Positions 26,052 through 41,755 of a stretch of DNA of 64,000 nt are shown piece by piece. Position 1 is the first letter of the stretch. Every line of letters starts with the position of its first letter. The DNA lies in contig JAQGDQ010000253.1 in the NCBI GenBank assembly GCA_030141605.1, positions 142,911-206,910 of the forward strand, read 5' to 3'. The notes below the pieces were generated by a model, which did no database searches, was not told the DNA's origin, and worked only from the letters and a program-made list of their open reading frames with translations. The position numbers and the translations under genes were made by a program. The stretch is from Tubiluchus corallicola. Its lineage: Eukaryota; Animalia; Priapulida.

Positions 26052-26596
26052 CTACGGCCATATCAGGTTGAAAACACCGGTTCTCGTCTGATCACCGAAG
26101 TTAAGCAACAGAGAGTCTGGTTAGTACTTGGATGGGTGACTGCCTAGGAATACCAGGTGCTGTAGACTTGCGAGATGCCCACACTGTATCTCGACACTAG
26201 GCGGTGGAGGTGCACAAGCAGCCAATGGCTAGAGGGCGGAGGAGGTCAAGTGACCCAATGCCCATGTGTAGAGGAGTAAACCTTCCAAATCAGGAGTGGA
26301 GCCCTGAAGGCGGACCAGTGCAGCATGCTCACTGATTCCGGCAGCTCCTGCAGCCAACCTGGTGCCAAACGTATCGCTCCGCTTTCCTTTGGACTACACC
26401 AGGGAGGAAGAGAGGGGGATCCTGTTGTCTGGGCAGTCTCAGGATCTCCATACACCTTGCCCAGGCGTGCGCCCTGGAGACGTTCAAGGATCGCACTGCT
26501 CAGCCACAGTCAACGCTGCAGCTCCATCAATGTGATCAATAACTGACTCTCTTGGCGCACACTCCATTGTCTTCCGAGACAGAAGGATGCCAACAA
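26052..26596 (+). mobile_element. 5S rRNA-headed SINE (SINE3) with RTE-derived 3' end, copy 1
   Basis: 5S-like head 26052-26169, shared body, end GGATGCC(AAC)n. TSD CAATAAAATA at 26042-26051 and 26597-26606. Confidence 0.93.
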
Positions 26597-26676
26597 CAAT
26601 AAAATAAGAGTTTAGGGTTAGAGTTACTGTCAGGGCTAATTAACTTTTCAATTATATATATATTATATATATACAG

Positions 26677-26760
26677 GGTTATATATTTTCAACGTCGTTT
26701 GTTTGTTTGTTTGCGTGTTTGTCTGTTACTTAGCAGAATAACGAAAAACCACTACGATTC
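26677..26760 (+). mobile_element. Possible non-autonomous Helentron (HINE/DINE-like) 5' remnant
   Basis: GGTTATATATTTTC followed by (GTTT)n/GTCT and TTAGCAGAATAACGAAAAAC, a layout I recall for HINE elements. Confidence 0.4.
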
Positions 26761-27141
26761 ACTATTACAATCATGATTATATGATGACTTCAGTGGACTT
26801 GACTCCTAAGTAGTTGAAACAGGCAGTTTGAGGCAAACAGCAACTCGCGTTTTGCAGTGTCGCTAGCGAGGGGATATCGCCCGCTAGACAAATGTATCAT
26901 ATTTTCACTGATTCCCTGAATTGATCTCTTTAAACTACGAAAAGTGTAAACAGAATAAGCCGAAAATCGACTTCATATCCATTACTTGAATTAACCGTCA
27001 GGGATTACGTGGAATATTCTGTTACGGAACTGAGAGATACGGTGTTTTGTGACACAGCAATGGAGACAAACTGAAAGCATGAAGACACGTACATCAAAGC
27101 ATTTTACCGTAAAATGTGGCTACTCGGCAACCGTCCATTAA

Positions 27142-27600
27142 CCCTTTCAGTCCCAAATTATTTTTTTAATAAGGAAAAAATTTTTGGCTTAGTACTTTTG
27201 TTCAGCATGTCCATCTTGTTTACACATAATAATTATTTTTTTCTACCTGTGCCCGTGTGCTAAATATAGCCTGTATCCCACGGGATACATTGGGATTCAA
27301 TGGAAGCATAAAATGTGCTTCATTTTGCAACTGTTGATATTTTTTAAAGTATTTAAGTCATTTAGTATGCATGCTGTGCTGATCTGTACAAAGTCGTCTC
27401 TAAAGTACTGTACCTTGTGCAGTTTTTTATGCTATGTGGATTTTCTAGTTTGCCATTTTATCACCATTTTTAGTCGATTGTTATTGGCTTAAATCAAAAT
27501 AACTATTAACAGATCAAATGAATGTCAGTTTTAAAATTTTATTAATTTTAAAGGCAGAAAATATTCTCGTATCCCACGGGATACAACGGGTATGAAAGGG
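27142..27600 (+). mobile_element. piggyBac-type MITE, copy 1
   Basis: TTAA on both sides. 13-bp TIR CCCTTTCAGTCCC / GGGTATGAAAGGG. Internal near-palindrome GTATCCCACGGGATAC occurs twice. Confidence 0.92.
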
Positions 27601-28061
27601 TTAAAGAGGAAAACACAATCTTGATAAATGATTATAGAAAATGGTTGTCTTACTCAAGTCTAAGGCACAGCTTCTCTTTAACATTCATTACTGTGTCAAT
27701 ATGTCAAACTCGCCATGTTAATGTACATAAAATCACGAATCCATGACCTAGCCATTATCGTGACGTAGGAATCTGATAGATGAGTAAACAAACATTATGC
27801 TGCATGACTTTACGGACGTGTAATGACTGATCTACAGAAAAGTGTAACAGACGAGATGTCACACTAAGCTAAGAAATTTCCAGCGCAGAAAGCAGCTACC
27901 TTGAGAACAGTAATTGCTCAGGTAATGTAGTCCCATTTTGTTTAAAAAAAGGTGACAGAGATTCCGAATGTAATTCTTTATCAATGTAAGCAGTTCGTGT
28001 GCAACAAAATTATTTTGATTGATTAAGTGGCTTAGTATAGGTAAACGCACCACAAAATTTA

Positions 28062-28420
28062 TCTTTTTTTCTTCAAAATCTCATTCCACCTATTGTAGGC
28101 ATTGTGGAATCAACATTTATCAGAGTATTCGATCCACTTCTATCTGCAGCTAACAGCGTAAGTTCTTCTACTCCGAAAGACAGATTTAGTCGAAGTAGTT
28201 GAACATAATAATTTATCTTAGCTATCCAAGTTGTTTTTGGTTTTGGCCAGGTGGTTTTTTGCAAGGCTTTAAGGCTTCCTTTAAGGCGGTTCTTACTGGT
28301 GCATCAATGGGTAATCTTCGAAGATGTCCTAGCCATCTTAATCTTCGGATCTTGACTTTTGAACTCCGAGAAGTTTCTTTTGTTCTAGTGTATTTTGATT
28401 TTTTTGATTATGTATGGTCA
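28062..28420 (-). mobile_element. RTE-group LINE 3' fragment (frameshifted)
   Basis: Translates as KIRRLRWLGHLRRLPIDAPVRTALKEALKPCKKPP / PKTTW...LAADRSG, related to 23442-23735. Confidence 0.75.
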
Positions 28421-28791
28421 TCTTATCTTCAAAACTTACAATCCTGTAAGCATACTTACTGTGGCGACTTTTTAAAAACCCGTATAGCATCGTTTTCGCT
28501 CGGGATTCGTCGGTATTCATCCAAATCTGAATAAAAAGACAATACGTATATTTGTAAGTATTATGATTATTTGTTATTTATTTATATTTATTGACTATTA
28601 TTTAAATTACCATATAAAATAAAAAGGAAAAGTGTATATGACAGTGTCCACACATGGATAATGTATGACAGATGTCCACATAAACCATTATCACGATCAC
28701 AGCTTACTTCTTTATTTGAATAAGTACCAGGTATTATGGCATTGTATTATCGGTTTCCATTAATAACTGAAAAGCACGCGATAATAACAAA

Positions 28792-29436
<645 letters not shown>

Positions 29437-30698
29437 ATAACAAATAACAAGTCATTAAAGCAAGAATTTTGCGGCAACTGGAAAAATTGGTAGCTAGTAT
29501 TAAGTAAGTTGTGTGAAACTAGCTAACTAGTTACAAGAATTTGCATTTTTTGGAATTAGATTGTTTTTGTTTTTTGGAATTTGAATAAGATGGGAAGACG
29601 GTTTTAGCATCTGTGACTAAGGCTGTAAAAGTCACAAGCTAAACTTGGAATTAAACTTATAAGTTTCTGTATTAAAATGTTTGCGTATGCACTAGCCGTT
29701 TAGAACTTTATAATCTTCAAAAGTTACCCGAAAAATAGTCATTTAGTGGATAATAGTCATCATCTTCATCGTCATCGTCGCTTGTCCAAGCCGATATTGT
29801 AACTGCTAGAAGGCACGCAGCTAAAACACGGGCTAACATATGGTGCACGATTCTCATTACTTTTGGCGCGTAACTTTAAATTCGATTTAACAATGACGTA
29901 TCATGTGACGTCACTAAAGCTCCTAAAATAAAAAAAACGATACATAAAGTCAACATTTCGGTCAGGTGACGAACAAGTATTGCATGTAATTCATGTATTG
30001 TATCATAATTTTGTATTAACAAAAACTGATTATCGATGCACATGAAATGTATATGTTTATTGCGAAATAAATCTACTAAATCTAATCTAATCTGTTTCTA
30101 TTAAAAGAATGGGCATAAACATAACTTGACCTACTTTTCCTTCTTTATTGGGCGTGGATAAAAACAAGCGAGAGTCAGTTCCACATTGGCGAATTTTCGT
30201 AGATTTTTTGCCTTTTCTCTTCTGTTTTTGCAGTTGAGTATATTCTCGATATTAAATCGATTCAGTAACTTGTTCAAGTTGCTAGCCTAAATCTACTAGA
30301 CTTACATGAAAAAACACCTAAAAACATTCCAGCTTTGCAATAATTGCAGAACGGATGCGAATTCATGTTTAATGTGCAATTATGCGTTTTGAGCAAAGTT
30401 TCTTCCACAGTGAAGCCATGCTGAAATTTTGTTCATACTGTCTATGGATGCCATTAACCTGTCAAAATTTTACCGCTCAAAATAAACAAACGAGTAACAA
30501 AATCAACATTTTGACTAACTGAAAATTGTTCGAATGTCAAAACTGAAACCTCTTTACGATAAATTTTATGTGAATCATCAATAAATTTATGATTGAAAAT
30601 AATTCTCGTGTAATTTGCCTCTATCATTCGCTATATAATTCGCTGCCAGTAGCATAGTCTAATCAACTATTACGAAAATAAGCGCGAGCTTTAATGTA

Positions 30699-30889
30699 CA
30701 CTGTTAAATACAAAGGGTTTAAAAAGGGTTTTCCTAGTGCCCCCAATGAAAAACTTAAAGGGTTTATAAGAAAATCACCGTGCTTACAAAACCCTTCTAT
30801 AGGGTTTTCTTTGAGAAGAACCTTTTATAGAAAACCCCACATAAAAGGTTTTTCATTAAAAAACCCCTTCAGAAGGATCTTTTGCAGTA
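30699..30889. mobile_element. EnSpm/CACTA-like MITE remnant
   Basis: Ends CACTGTTAAA ... TTTTGCAGTA, with many inverted subterminal AAGGGTTTT/AAAACCC motifs. Confidence 0.5.
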
Positions 30890-30989
30890 ATGGAATAAAA
30901 TTGGAATTGTTGAATTTTTCTTTCCGAAAAACATGAAAAGTTGCGGGATGGTTGCAAGTTTTTAAACAATTACGTCATCAGTGGAATTT

Positions 30990-31668
30990 TTAAAGCACGA
31001 GAAACCCCCTCACAAATATAAAGCTTGAAAAATTCGTTTTTAAATTTTATATTACTTACATACCGCCTTTTTGCGTGCAGAACTTCAATCGGCAGTCACG
31101 CTGTATAAAACATGTAAATTTAAACTCCCGCGATGACCGTTAGATGCAGCCATGTTCACGACAGGTCATTTGAAACAAGTTCAGATAACATTTTGTAAAG
31201 TTTGAAAAAATAATCAGAGCATTCGTAGCGCACAAGTCACTAACTAAATAAAATTTAAAATTACTGTATCTTGTCAATAAGATTAAAAATATGTTTTTTG
31301 GTTAGTAAGTGGTGCACCCTGGAGGGTGAGTCAGCGACATTTTACCAATTGGTGAAAACATTTAAATAATTAATAATTTTCTTTTCCAGTTACATAAGTC
31401 TTTCTAGCAGGTAAGCGAAACTCTAAGTAATACAGATTTGCGCGGAAAGTCTTTTGAGATATAATTTAACATTGATTTTTCTTCCCTTCATTTACGTTTG
31501 GTACATGACGTCATGTAATGGCGACATCCGAACAGTATTGCGGGAGATTTAAAATGAGAACAAACTAAAATTCCTTTCAGTGCGAGTAAGATATGTGCAT
31601 AAAATTACTATAAAGTAATGTAATTTTTTAAGGCGATTTTTCTGAAACCTACTTCAGCTACCCCTTTT
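30990..31668 (-). mobile_element. ~680-bp non-autonomous DNA element, copy 2 (inverted relative to 21353-22042)
   Basis: Diverged reverse-complement homology along the whole length. Confidence 0.75.
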
Positions 31669-32470
31669 CTTGTCCTTTAAGCATCTCAGTGGTCTTACTG
31701 AAACAATCGTAAATGTTTTCACATGTGCAGAACTACTGCACGCTTGCATTCGATGAATCTGTACAAATCTGCGGTTTCGTTCTGCCAGAAAATTGCAAAT
31801 ATCTAGGAGGGTGCGAGTAGCCTGGTCCTATTCGTTGTAGTTTTTGTTTTTTGAAACATGCGTCATAGACATGCTAAGAACTTGTTTTCCCGGTTTTTTT
31901 GTACATAGTTTTGGTTCAGACTATACTAGCAACGTGACGAACCTGTGGAATCGAAATGACGCAGATTACACGGCAGAAAAAGCACAAAAGAAAGGAAACC
32001 GAAAGTACAAAATATCACGAATTCTTTCATTCGAAGTCCAGTAAGACAATCTAATCAACTGCAAACGTCAGCCAATTTCTTAGTCTCTATGATGAATCAT
32101 TTAATTTTAGTTTTTTTTTGAGTTTGCTGTCCACTTTAATATTTTCAACATAAATCTATTACCGTGTACTAAGATAATCAATCAACGGTATTGCTACAGG
32201 TGCAAATTTAATTTAATACAATGATGAACCTTATACGCAAGAGATAGATGAGGTGACTGTTTCATTCATTTTATGATTATGTTTGTGTACATGTTGTTGT
32301 TTCGTCTGATTATGGTAGTGTATATTTCTGAAAATATAATCTTACCCTTTTTCAAAGGTTTAAACATAGTATATGCATTGGAGATGTGTTTGTTTAACAT
32401 TCATTTGTCTAAGATTACTTGATAAGTGTATATTTTTAATGTTGAGCCAAATAAAATGGCGAAGAAAGAC

Positions 32471-32925
<455 letters not shown>

Positions 32926-33581
32926 CGAAAGACTACCGCAAGGTAGAACAAATTTTATCTTTTATTTTATTTTATCTAAAAACGCAGTACAACACTAAGC
33001 GACTACCGGGAGAATACTGGCTGCGTACTTGATTAATGATTATATTTAGTGATACTTTATGCTTCTTTGCTTTTCGTGCGTTTCCATTTGCGCCTTCCTG
33101 TGTTTCTGCGCGTCTTTGTTCTCTTCTCCTGCAAAATTGACCACTGTGACGGACTGAAGCTCGCGTCTTTTCGTTTCTTCATTTGTAAGTTTTTTCATCA
33201 ATAGTTACATTTTTTCCTGTTAAGCTTATTTAACTCGTGTTAATTAAGCATTTAATGGTGTAAGATTCGAAGTTTCCGATGCGGCTTAACTACAGTTATA
33301 TGCGCTTCGGGAATCATTTTCTCTATGTGTAGCCACGTTTCACAATAAACTGTCTGGCTTCATTACAGAGTTGTTCTTCATCATCTTTTGTGCACAATAA
33401 GTCGAAATGAACCGACAATAAAACCAAAATGAAAGCGACAATAAAGTTTATCACGCCGTGTAATAAACAGCTGACAGTTTACAGTCTGTAATGTTAACCC
33501 TGTACATTATAATCATCGTAATATCGTCATCCTTATGATATTTCGGTTTAGATTTGTAGCGAAGTCGGGATTTTTACAGTT

Positions 33582-33773
33582 TGATGATGATGATGATGAT
33601 GATGATGGTGATGGTGATGATGGTGATGATGATGGTGATGGTGATGGTGGTGATGGCGATGGCGATGATGACGATGATGATGGTGATGATGGTGATGGTG
33701 ATAGCGATGGCGATGATGACGATGATGATGATGGTGATGATGGTGATGATGATGGTGATGGTGATGATGATGG

Positions 33774-33832
<59 letters not shown>

Positions 33833-33849
33833 TTGATGATGATGATGAT
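33582..33849. repeat. (GAT/GGT)n microsatellite; smaller one at 34201-34250
   Basis: Directly visible. It produces the spurious poly-D/M/H ORFs. Confidence 0.95.
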
Positions 33850-34199
33850 AAGTTATAAGTTTATTTATTTCCACTCTGCATCTTACAGTTATAATAAAAA
33901 TACAGATAATTTCACTGAAGTAAATATAAATATAAATGCAATATAATCCAGAAATTACAAAATAGATTCTTATGCAGCATATACATGTGCAAATTACATT
34001 ACAGAATAATTTTGATGCATACAGTTTGAGCCTAAAAGCATAGCTTGACAGGGCAAACTGTATGTGGAAATCTTAAAGAAATGATTAATAATTGAAATAA
34101 TGATAATATATACATAAAAGTGGGGGGAATAGTGAATGAAAGATGAAATGGAGCGAGAACTAAGAAAAACTGTGATCATGATTATAAAGTGTTCAGTAA

Positions 34200-34232
<33 letters not shown>

Positions 34233-34572
34233 GACGATGGTGATGATGATAATGTTAGATCTTTATTATTAAACAAATTATACAAATTATACAATTATAA
34301 TTATAATTGTACAATTAAACAAAAGAGCCTGTATTTGCAGGCAGAAGCGATTTACACTCCACTAAATATAAACTTTATGCAACATATAAGAATGTATGTA
34401 ACTTTATGAATATATACAACGAAATATAGCGCTAACAAAAAGTTAAAAATAGTTCGTCGAGTAAAATTATATCCCATATTAAAATTTTAGTTGTTTTAAC
34501 TTCACGAAAGTTAAGAAAATTAGAAGTTGGTTAATGTTTTCCTGTTATTAATGTTATACATTACAGTTATCA

Positions 34573-35100
34573 CCATATCACGTTGAAAACACCGGTTCTC
34601 GTCTGATCACCGAAGTTAAGCAACGTAGAGCCTGGTTAGTACTTGGATGGGTGACCGCCTAGGAATACCAGGTGCTGTAGACTTGAGGGATGCCCACACT
34701 GTATCTCGACACTAGGCGGAGGAGCTGCACAAGCAGCCAACGGCTAGAGGGCGGAGGAAGTAAAGTGACCCAACGGCTATGTGTAGAGGAGTAAACCTTC
34801 CAAATCAGGAGTGGAGCCCCGAAGGCGGGCCAGTGCAGCATGCTCACTGACTCCAGCAGCTTCTGCAGCCAACCTGGTGCCAAACGTATCGCTCGGCTTT
34901 CCTTTGGACTACACCAGGGAGGAAGAGAGGGGGTTCCTGTTGTCAGAGCAACTCAGGAATTCCATACACCTTGCCCATGCGTGGTTCAAGGATCGAATTG
35001 CTCAGCCACAGTCGACGCTGCAGCTCCATCAATGTGATCAATAACTGACTCTCTTGGCGCACACTCCATTGTCTTCCGAGACAGAAGGATGCCAACAACA
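34573..35100 (+). mobile_element. 5S rRNA-headed SINE, copy 2
   Basis: Same head, body and tail as copy 1. Perfect 15-bp TSD ACATTACAGTTATCA at 34558-34572 and 35101-35115. A few nt are missing from the 5' end. Confidence 0.95.
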
Positions 35101-36942
35101 ACATTACAGTTATCAATGTTAATATTAGTTGCCAAGGCTACAATAAATTCATCATAATAAAATTTAGAAAACCGTTGAGCAACAAATCATTTCTATACAG
35201 ACAAACATCATTTATAGATCCAGTGGGAAACTCATCTAATGGTGCATTGCGTTTATTCTGCATTAATCTAAAATTTGGCAAAGTACAAAATAGTTAGTGC
35301 AAACTAGCAAACTGACTGACTAACTAACTAACTAACTAACTAACTTCATTTAATAACAAAAAAATATAAATCTAATTGTGGGATATTGCGTAACAAAATT
35401 CCATCGGGTTGAAAGGTCAACAAGTCACGGCGGCCTGGTTTCTTCTTTTGCAGTACGAAACATATTTCCATACAGGAAATAACCACTTTCGATAACAAAC
35501 AAATAAAATTGCAAAAGTAATAAAATTTTAACAATTAGGGTTCACCCCTGTTATATCATAAAGCAATTACTCATGTCATTACAACGCAATAATGCAAGCT
35601 AGCACGGAGTCTAATGCACTGCTTTGATGACAGCAAGGCAAACTTCCGGCACATTCAGAGTTCAAACCAGGTTTCCTAATAATTACACCACAGTGGTCTG
35701 TAATTCAGCTAAGTAAAAATTATTCGGTTGATGTTGTTGCAGAGTAATGCCTTTACATTGTTGACCTGCACAGGTGAGGTTTCGTGGTCCACTATACTAA
35801 CATTCGGATAAAGCACCAATAGACCTTCGAGAAATGGTATATTTGTTTATTTTTTGTTTATTTATTTCACATCAACACAAATACACAATTAATACATTAA
35901 AAGAAACAAAAAGTTATCAATAATTCATTGAATAACAAACAGTAAGATACATAATAGGAAGCAAATTTTGGAAAAAAATGATTTAAACTGTCTTTAGACG
36001 TACGTCAACCTATGGTAAACAAAGATAGTGATATCGCTACTTCCTTTAATACTGGTGTCTAAACAACGTTATGTACAGCATCATTACAAATATACTAACT
36101 TGACTCAAAACACTGTGGGGTTGAAAGATAAACAAGAGAATTATCGCTGTTGTATGTTGCTTAGTAATTTCGTATACAGTTTACTTTGAGCACATAACTA
36201 GTTTAGATATATTATAGTTTAGGTTTGCTATATATACAAATGTAAATGTGTTGCTTGTTAGATTGGGGCTTGGCTTGTTAGATTGTCCCGCAATGTGAAA
36301 GAAAAAAGGTAATGAAAATAATCTAAACATCTTGCTGGCCCTACCATAATGCACTACCAAAGCAGGGGATACACTGCCAGTGCCGCGCGAGATGTGACAG
36401 CCAAAAAGCAAACGAACCATAAACGCTTTTTTCTACAGAGTTATATGAAGTTATACAGCATGCGACATATGAAATAATATCTACAACCAGACAATGATAC
36501 ATGATACAAAACTTTATCGTGGAGAAAATACAATTTTTCAATTCCTATTGACAAGTAATCCATATCGACAGTAATTTAGGAATGAGTGCCTTTTGGGAGA
36601 TTCCACACGTATGAAGTGATATATTAAAAGTAGGCAAAAGCAAACTCAAGTGCTTTTTTTCAAAAACTGAGACAGGCACATGGGTAAGACATTATGTAGC
36701 TTTCTAGCAGTAGATATGGTATATAAAATTAGCGGAGATTGACAATTAATGACCGAAGCCATTAGCTAAATAAACACGAACGAAGAAATCTTGGTGCCTC
36801 TTTCGAAGATTTCAGCCAAGCATCTTGCACATCAGTTTCCAATCAATGAAAGGAGAAACGTGTCGACTGTGCCACCAATTGACGTCTGATTAATGAAAGT
36901 AACTAATAACATGTTGTAAATAACAGTTAACCATAATCACTA

Positions 36943-37075
36943 GGCGATATAGTCTAATGGTAACGTGTCCGCTTTTTGTCTGGGAGATCGCGAGTTCGAT
37001 GCTGCGGCCGGCTAATCCCAAAGACTAAAAATGGTACCTGCTGTTGCCATGCCTGACGCGTAGTATTTGGGGTAA
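36943..37075 (+). mobile_element. tRNA-headed SINE remnant with Meta-domain-like core
   Basis: A box TAGTCTAATGG and B box GAGTTCGATGC, followed by CCAAAGACTAAAAATGGTACCTGCTG, which resembles the Meta-SINE core as I recall it. Confidence 0.7.
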
Positions 37076-37835
37076 TAATAATCTCTGTTATGTGGTTATA
37101 GTAGTAGTGTTTACAGTCGATTTCATGAGCTCATGTTTATTCAAAAGCCGATTTAAATAAAGGTTATTATATTTACAATAAGGTAAAAAACAGCGCATCA
37201 TACGACGATTTTGAATGAAATTCAGTTTCAAAACAGGATCCACAGCTATCCATTTTTTTATTCGAAGCGTCCCTTTCAAATCCGATGACCATTCAAAGGA
37301 AGAAGTAACCTTCGCACTAAAACTGCTATTTTAAACACAAAATTTGTTTTTACCGGAAGTCACCTAATGCTATTTCTATGTATATGCATTAAGTCATTTT
37401 TGAATATTCCAATGCTATGAAGCCATTTTACGAGTCTAGTCTCTCTTGTTGATGTGCATTTATTTGAATGTGGGTAAAGCGATTTCGAAACACTAACAAA
37501 AAAGGTAACATAATTATTGATGTCCTATTTTAAGTTTTGCCCGGTGAAAAAATGTCGTGTCTAAGTCACTCACAAACTATACAAGCAGTCTCCGTTTTGG
37601 AAGTTTGTGTCACTTTTTAATTTCATTTTCTAATCTGATAGATAATTTACATTGGCCGTGTGATGGAACCAAGCTGCTTGGAGTTTTAGTAACAGCAGTG
37701 GTTGAGAATTTGCACTGACAAGAAAAATAATGAAAGCCGGGTGCAAAAATGGATATGCTAATACAAAGTGAGTTAAAAGAGGCAGAACAAGTCAGAGTGA
37801 TAAAGAATGAGTTGATTTGTACCATTTAAGTAAAA

Positions 37836-39182
<1,347 letters not shown>

Positions 39183-39785
39183 ATTGATTATTGTTTGCAT
39201 TTACTTACTTGTTCCGTGGAATAAACCTCTTTAGTTGCGTGCTGTTTTAACAGATTAATTTCCAGAAAACTATAGCAGCAAGTAAAACAAATAAATGGAG
39301 AGGCTCAGATTCCAGCTAGTCAATCCATTTTCGTGTTTCGCACAATCTAACGTAAATCTCTTAGCGAACGACGCCCACAGGACGCGAAACGTACAAGTGT
39401 GTCACGTGACGTAGTAGGAGTTGTGACAACGCAGCTGGGCTTCAGCGAGATACGCTAGGGAAGCCAAACTTCAATAATAATGACGACAAATCGAAGCAGC
39501 CCAAATCTGTAATTATCAGTTAAAATTGATAATAGCTATGCACATACGTAAGTTTCTGTAACGTAGGTGCTTTTGTCATGTACAGTAACATTTTTTTTGA
39601 ATATATAAGCTCAGTGTGGGTAATTTCAGAATTAATTTCGCACTTGGTTTATTTTGACGCGCTGTAAATACCTGCTTCTGCATTTCGAAATCAATTTGTA
39701 CAATCTCAAATTTAGTGTGGCAAAAAATTTATAACAAAACTTCCGAAATTGTAGAAACAACAAGCCAATTAATTCATGACAATAT

Positions 39786-39950
39786 TGCTAGGGACTAGAT
39801 AGGGCAGGAGACTAGATGACCCTATGGTCCTTCCCTGCCCTGCTCCATGATTATAATTACTTAATATTTAAAAAAAAATTGACGTTAAACTAATTGGAGA
39901 AAATAAATGTTCTATGTCTATGTCTATGTCTATGTCTATGTCTATGTCCA
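39786..39950 (+). mobile_element. CR1-like 3' UTR remnant and (ATGTCT)n
   Basis: GACTAGATGACCCTATGGTCCTTCC resembles the CR1 3' stem-loop and is enclosed by AGGGCAGG/CCTGCCCT. Confidence 0.45.
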
Positions 39951-41755
39951 TACTAAAAAACAAAACCAAAAGTGTGTCTATTACCTATTGATCTGACAAA
40001 ACTACAATTTCATTTTTGATCTGTTGATATTTTACAAAACACTCAGGTGGCTAAAACTAGTGACTTAACATACCTCAAACACGGTGTAATGGCACCTATA
40101 TCAAAGGTTTGTTAAGGTCGAGGGTTTCTCTAAAAAATTGTTTACAGTTGAACAATAATACACCAGAAGGGTAGATAGAGGTGTAACACAAAAAGTGGGG
40201 TTCGCGTTGTTGTATCTTCTAACTGTTGATGAAACTTGGCGAATTACTTATTGCAACTTTTTAAATATTTTCAATTTTCTATGTTCTTTGGGTTTTAATG
40301 TGTATGAACGTAGATTTAAAAATGGTATATAGCTGCCTTGTGAAAAGGGTAAAAAACTAATGTACGTGGCTGCGTTTTAAAGTTTAAATTGCTAATTTAC
40401 AAAATCGCACTATAGATAGACTATAAAATAAATAATCGAAATGAAATCTAAATGAAATGCACATTGGTTAAATTTAAATCACTCGAAATATACATAAGCA
40501 TACAAGCCATTTTTAAAACGCTGTACAATTTGGCGAATATTTGATAGATTCATTGCATTTCAAATAATCGGGAGCAAAGAGAGCAAAGGCGCAAATTCTA
40601 ACTTCATGTGTTTTCTTGTTCCGTAAAAAAAAACTGGACGATTTTTTTGACTACGGTAAAAAATTTACAATTTAAAACCTATAGTAAACCCGAAGCGTTT
40701 CTGTTAATTAAACAATAGGTTAGAAACTTAATTGATGGTACACGAGTCCAACTAGTGAATGCACAACAGAAGGTTATTTTCAACAGCAGAAATATTCCAC
40801 GAGCGTATTGCACGTATCTGCGAAAGCAAAAATTCAAGAACAATGCTACTGTACAACATTCAGTGTGATATACAAAAACTCGGCAGATTTAATGTTTTAA
40901 ATTCAAATTTCAAGTTTACTGTTGTGCCGATCTAACTCTCAAATGTGTGTACTACCTCACAACTGAACATATCTGAAACTCTAGCAAGCACTGCTTTTTG
41001 TGCAACGCGTTTCCAAGATGCAGGAGCTAGCAAACGACGAAATGCGTGTAACAGCGGAGAACTAGCCACAGGAAAGCGAAATTACATTTCTGCGGTGATA
41101 ATTCTTTCATGTAAATCATTCATGAAAAAATAGCATGTTCCGTATTTTACAGGGGAAAGATTGTTTTGAGCTACAGTCCGGTTTTCCTTTCAGTTAATGC
41201 TCTCCGTAACTTAATTAAGCTACTGTTTAACTTTGAAATTTAGGAAATTTATGCTAAAGATGAAGTCATTCTTATGAAACTTTCTCTGCCCGTCTGTAAA
41301 CTGACATTGATGGATCGATGTGTTACTTGAGCCTACGCAGCATAAACGGCAGCAGTTTAGGCTATTATCTTATGCGCCTCTTATGTAAGACAAATTGGTT
41401 TCTACGAACTGGCGCCGAAATCAATAGATTTCAAATACGATACTTGGATCCGGGATTCAGTACAATCTGAGATTTTTACACGGTTTACCCGTACGCAGCA
41501 TGCATAATGCGGAATTACTAGTATGTTTTTACGATAAATCTGCGTCTTGGTCACATAAATAGAAGTTCCACATTTTAAGGTAGTGACTCTTGCCGTGGAA
41601 TTGAACGCACAGCCTTCCCACATGGAAACAAGCATGACAAAATTCAGCTCTGAATAGGGTAGGTGATACTGGACCAAAAAGTCCCTTTTTCTATTGTTTC
41701 AAGTGGTTTAATGCTGACGCAAATTTTCAAGTGTTAGTATGAGTGAGCGACTTCT

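Noticed and set aside
26052-26169. Functional 5S rRNA genes (also 34573, 46114, 49904)
   Set aside because: The copies are dispersed, differ from one another, lack a T-run terminator, are fused to a common body and are bounded by TSDs. They are SINE heads.
41402-41677. 91-aa minus-strand ORF
   Set aside because: It has a non-ATG start, no recognisable domain and no clear splice context.
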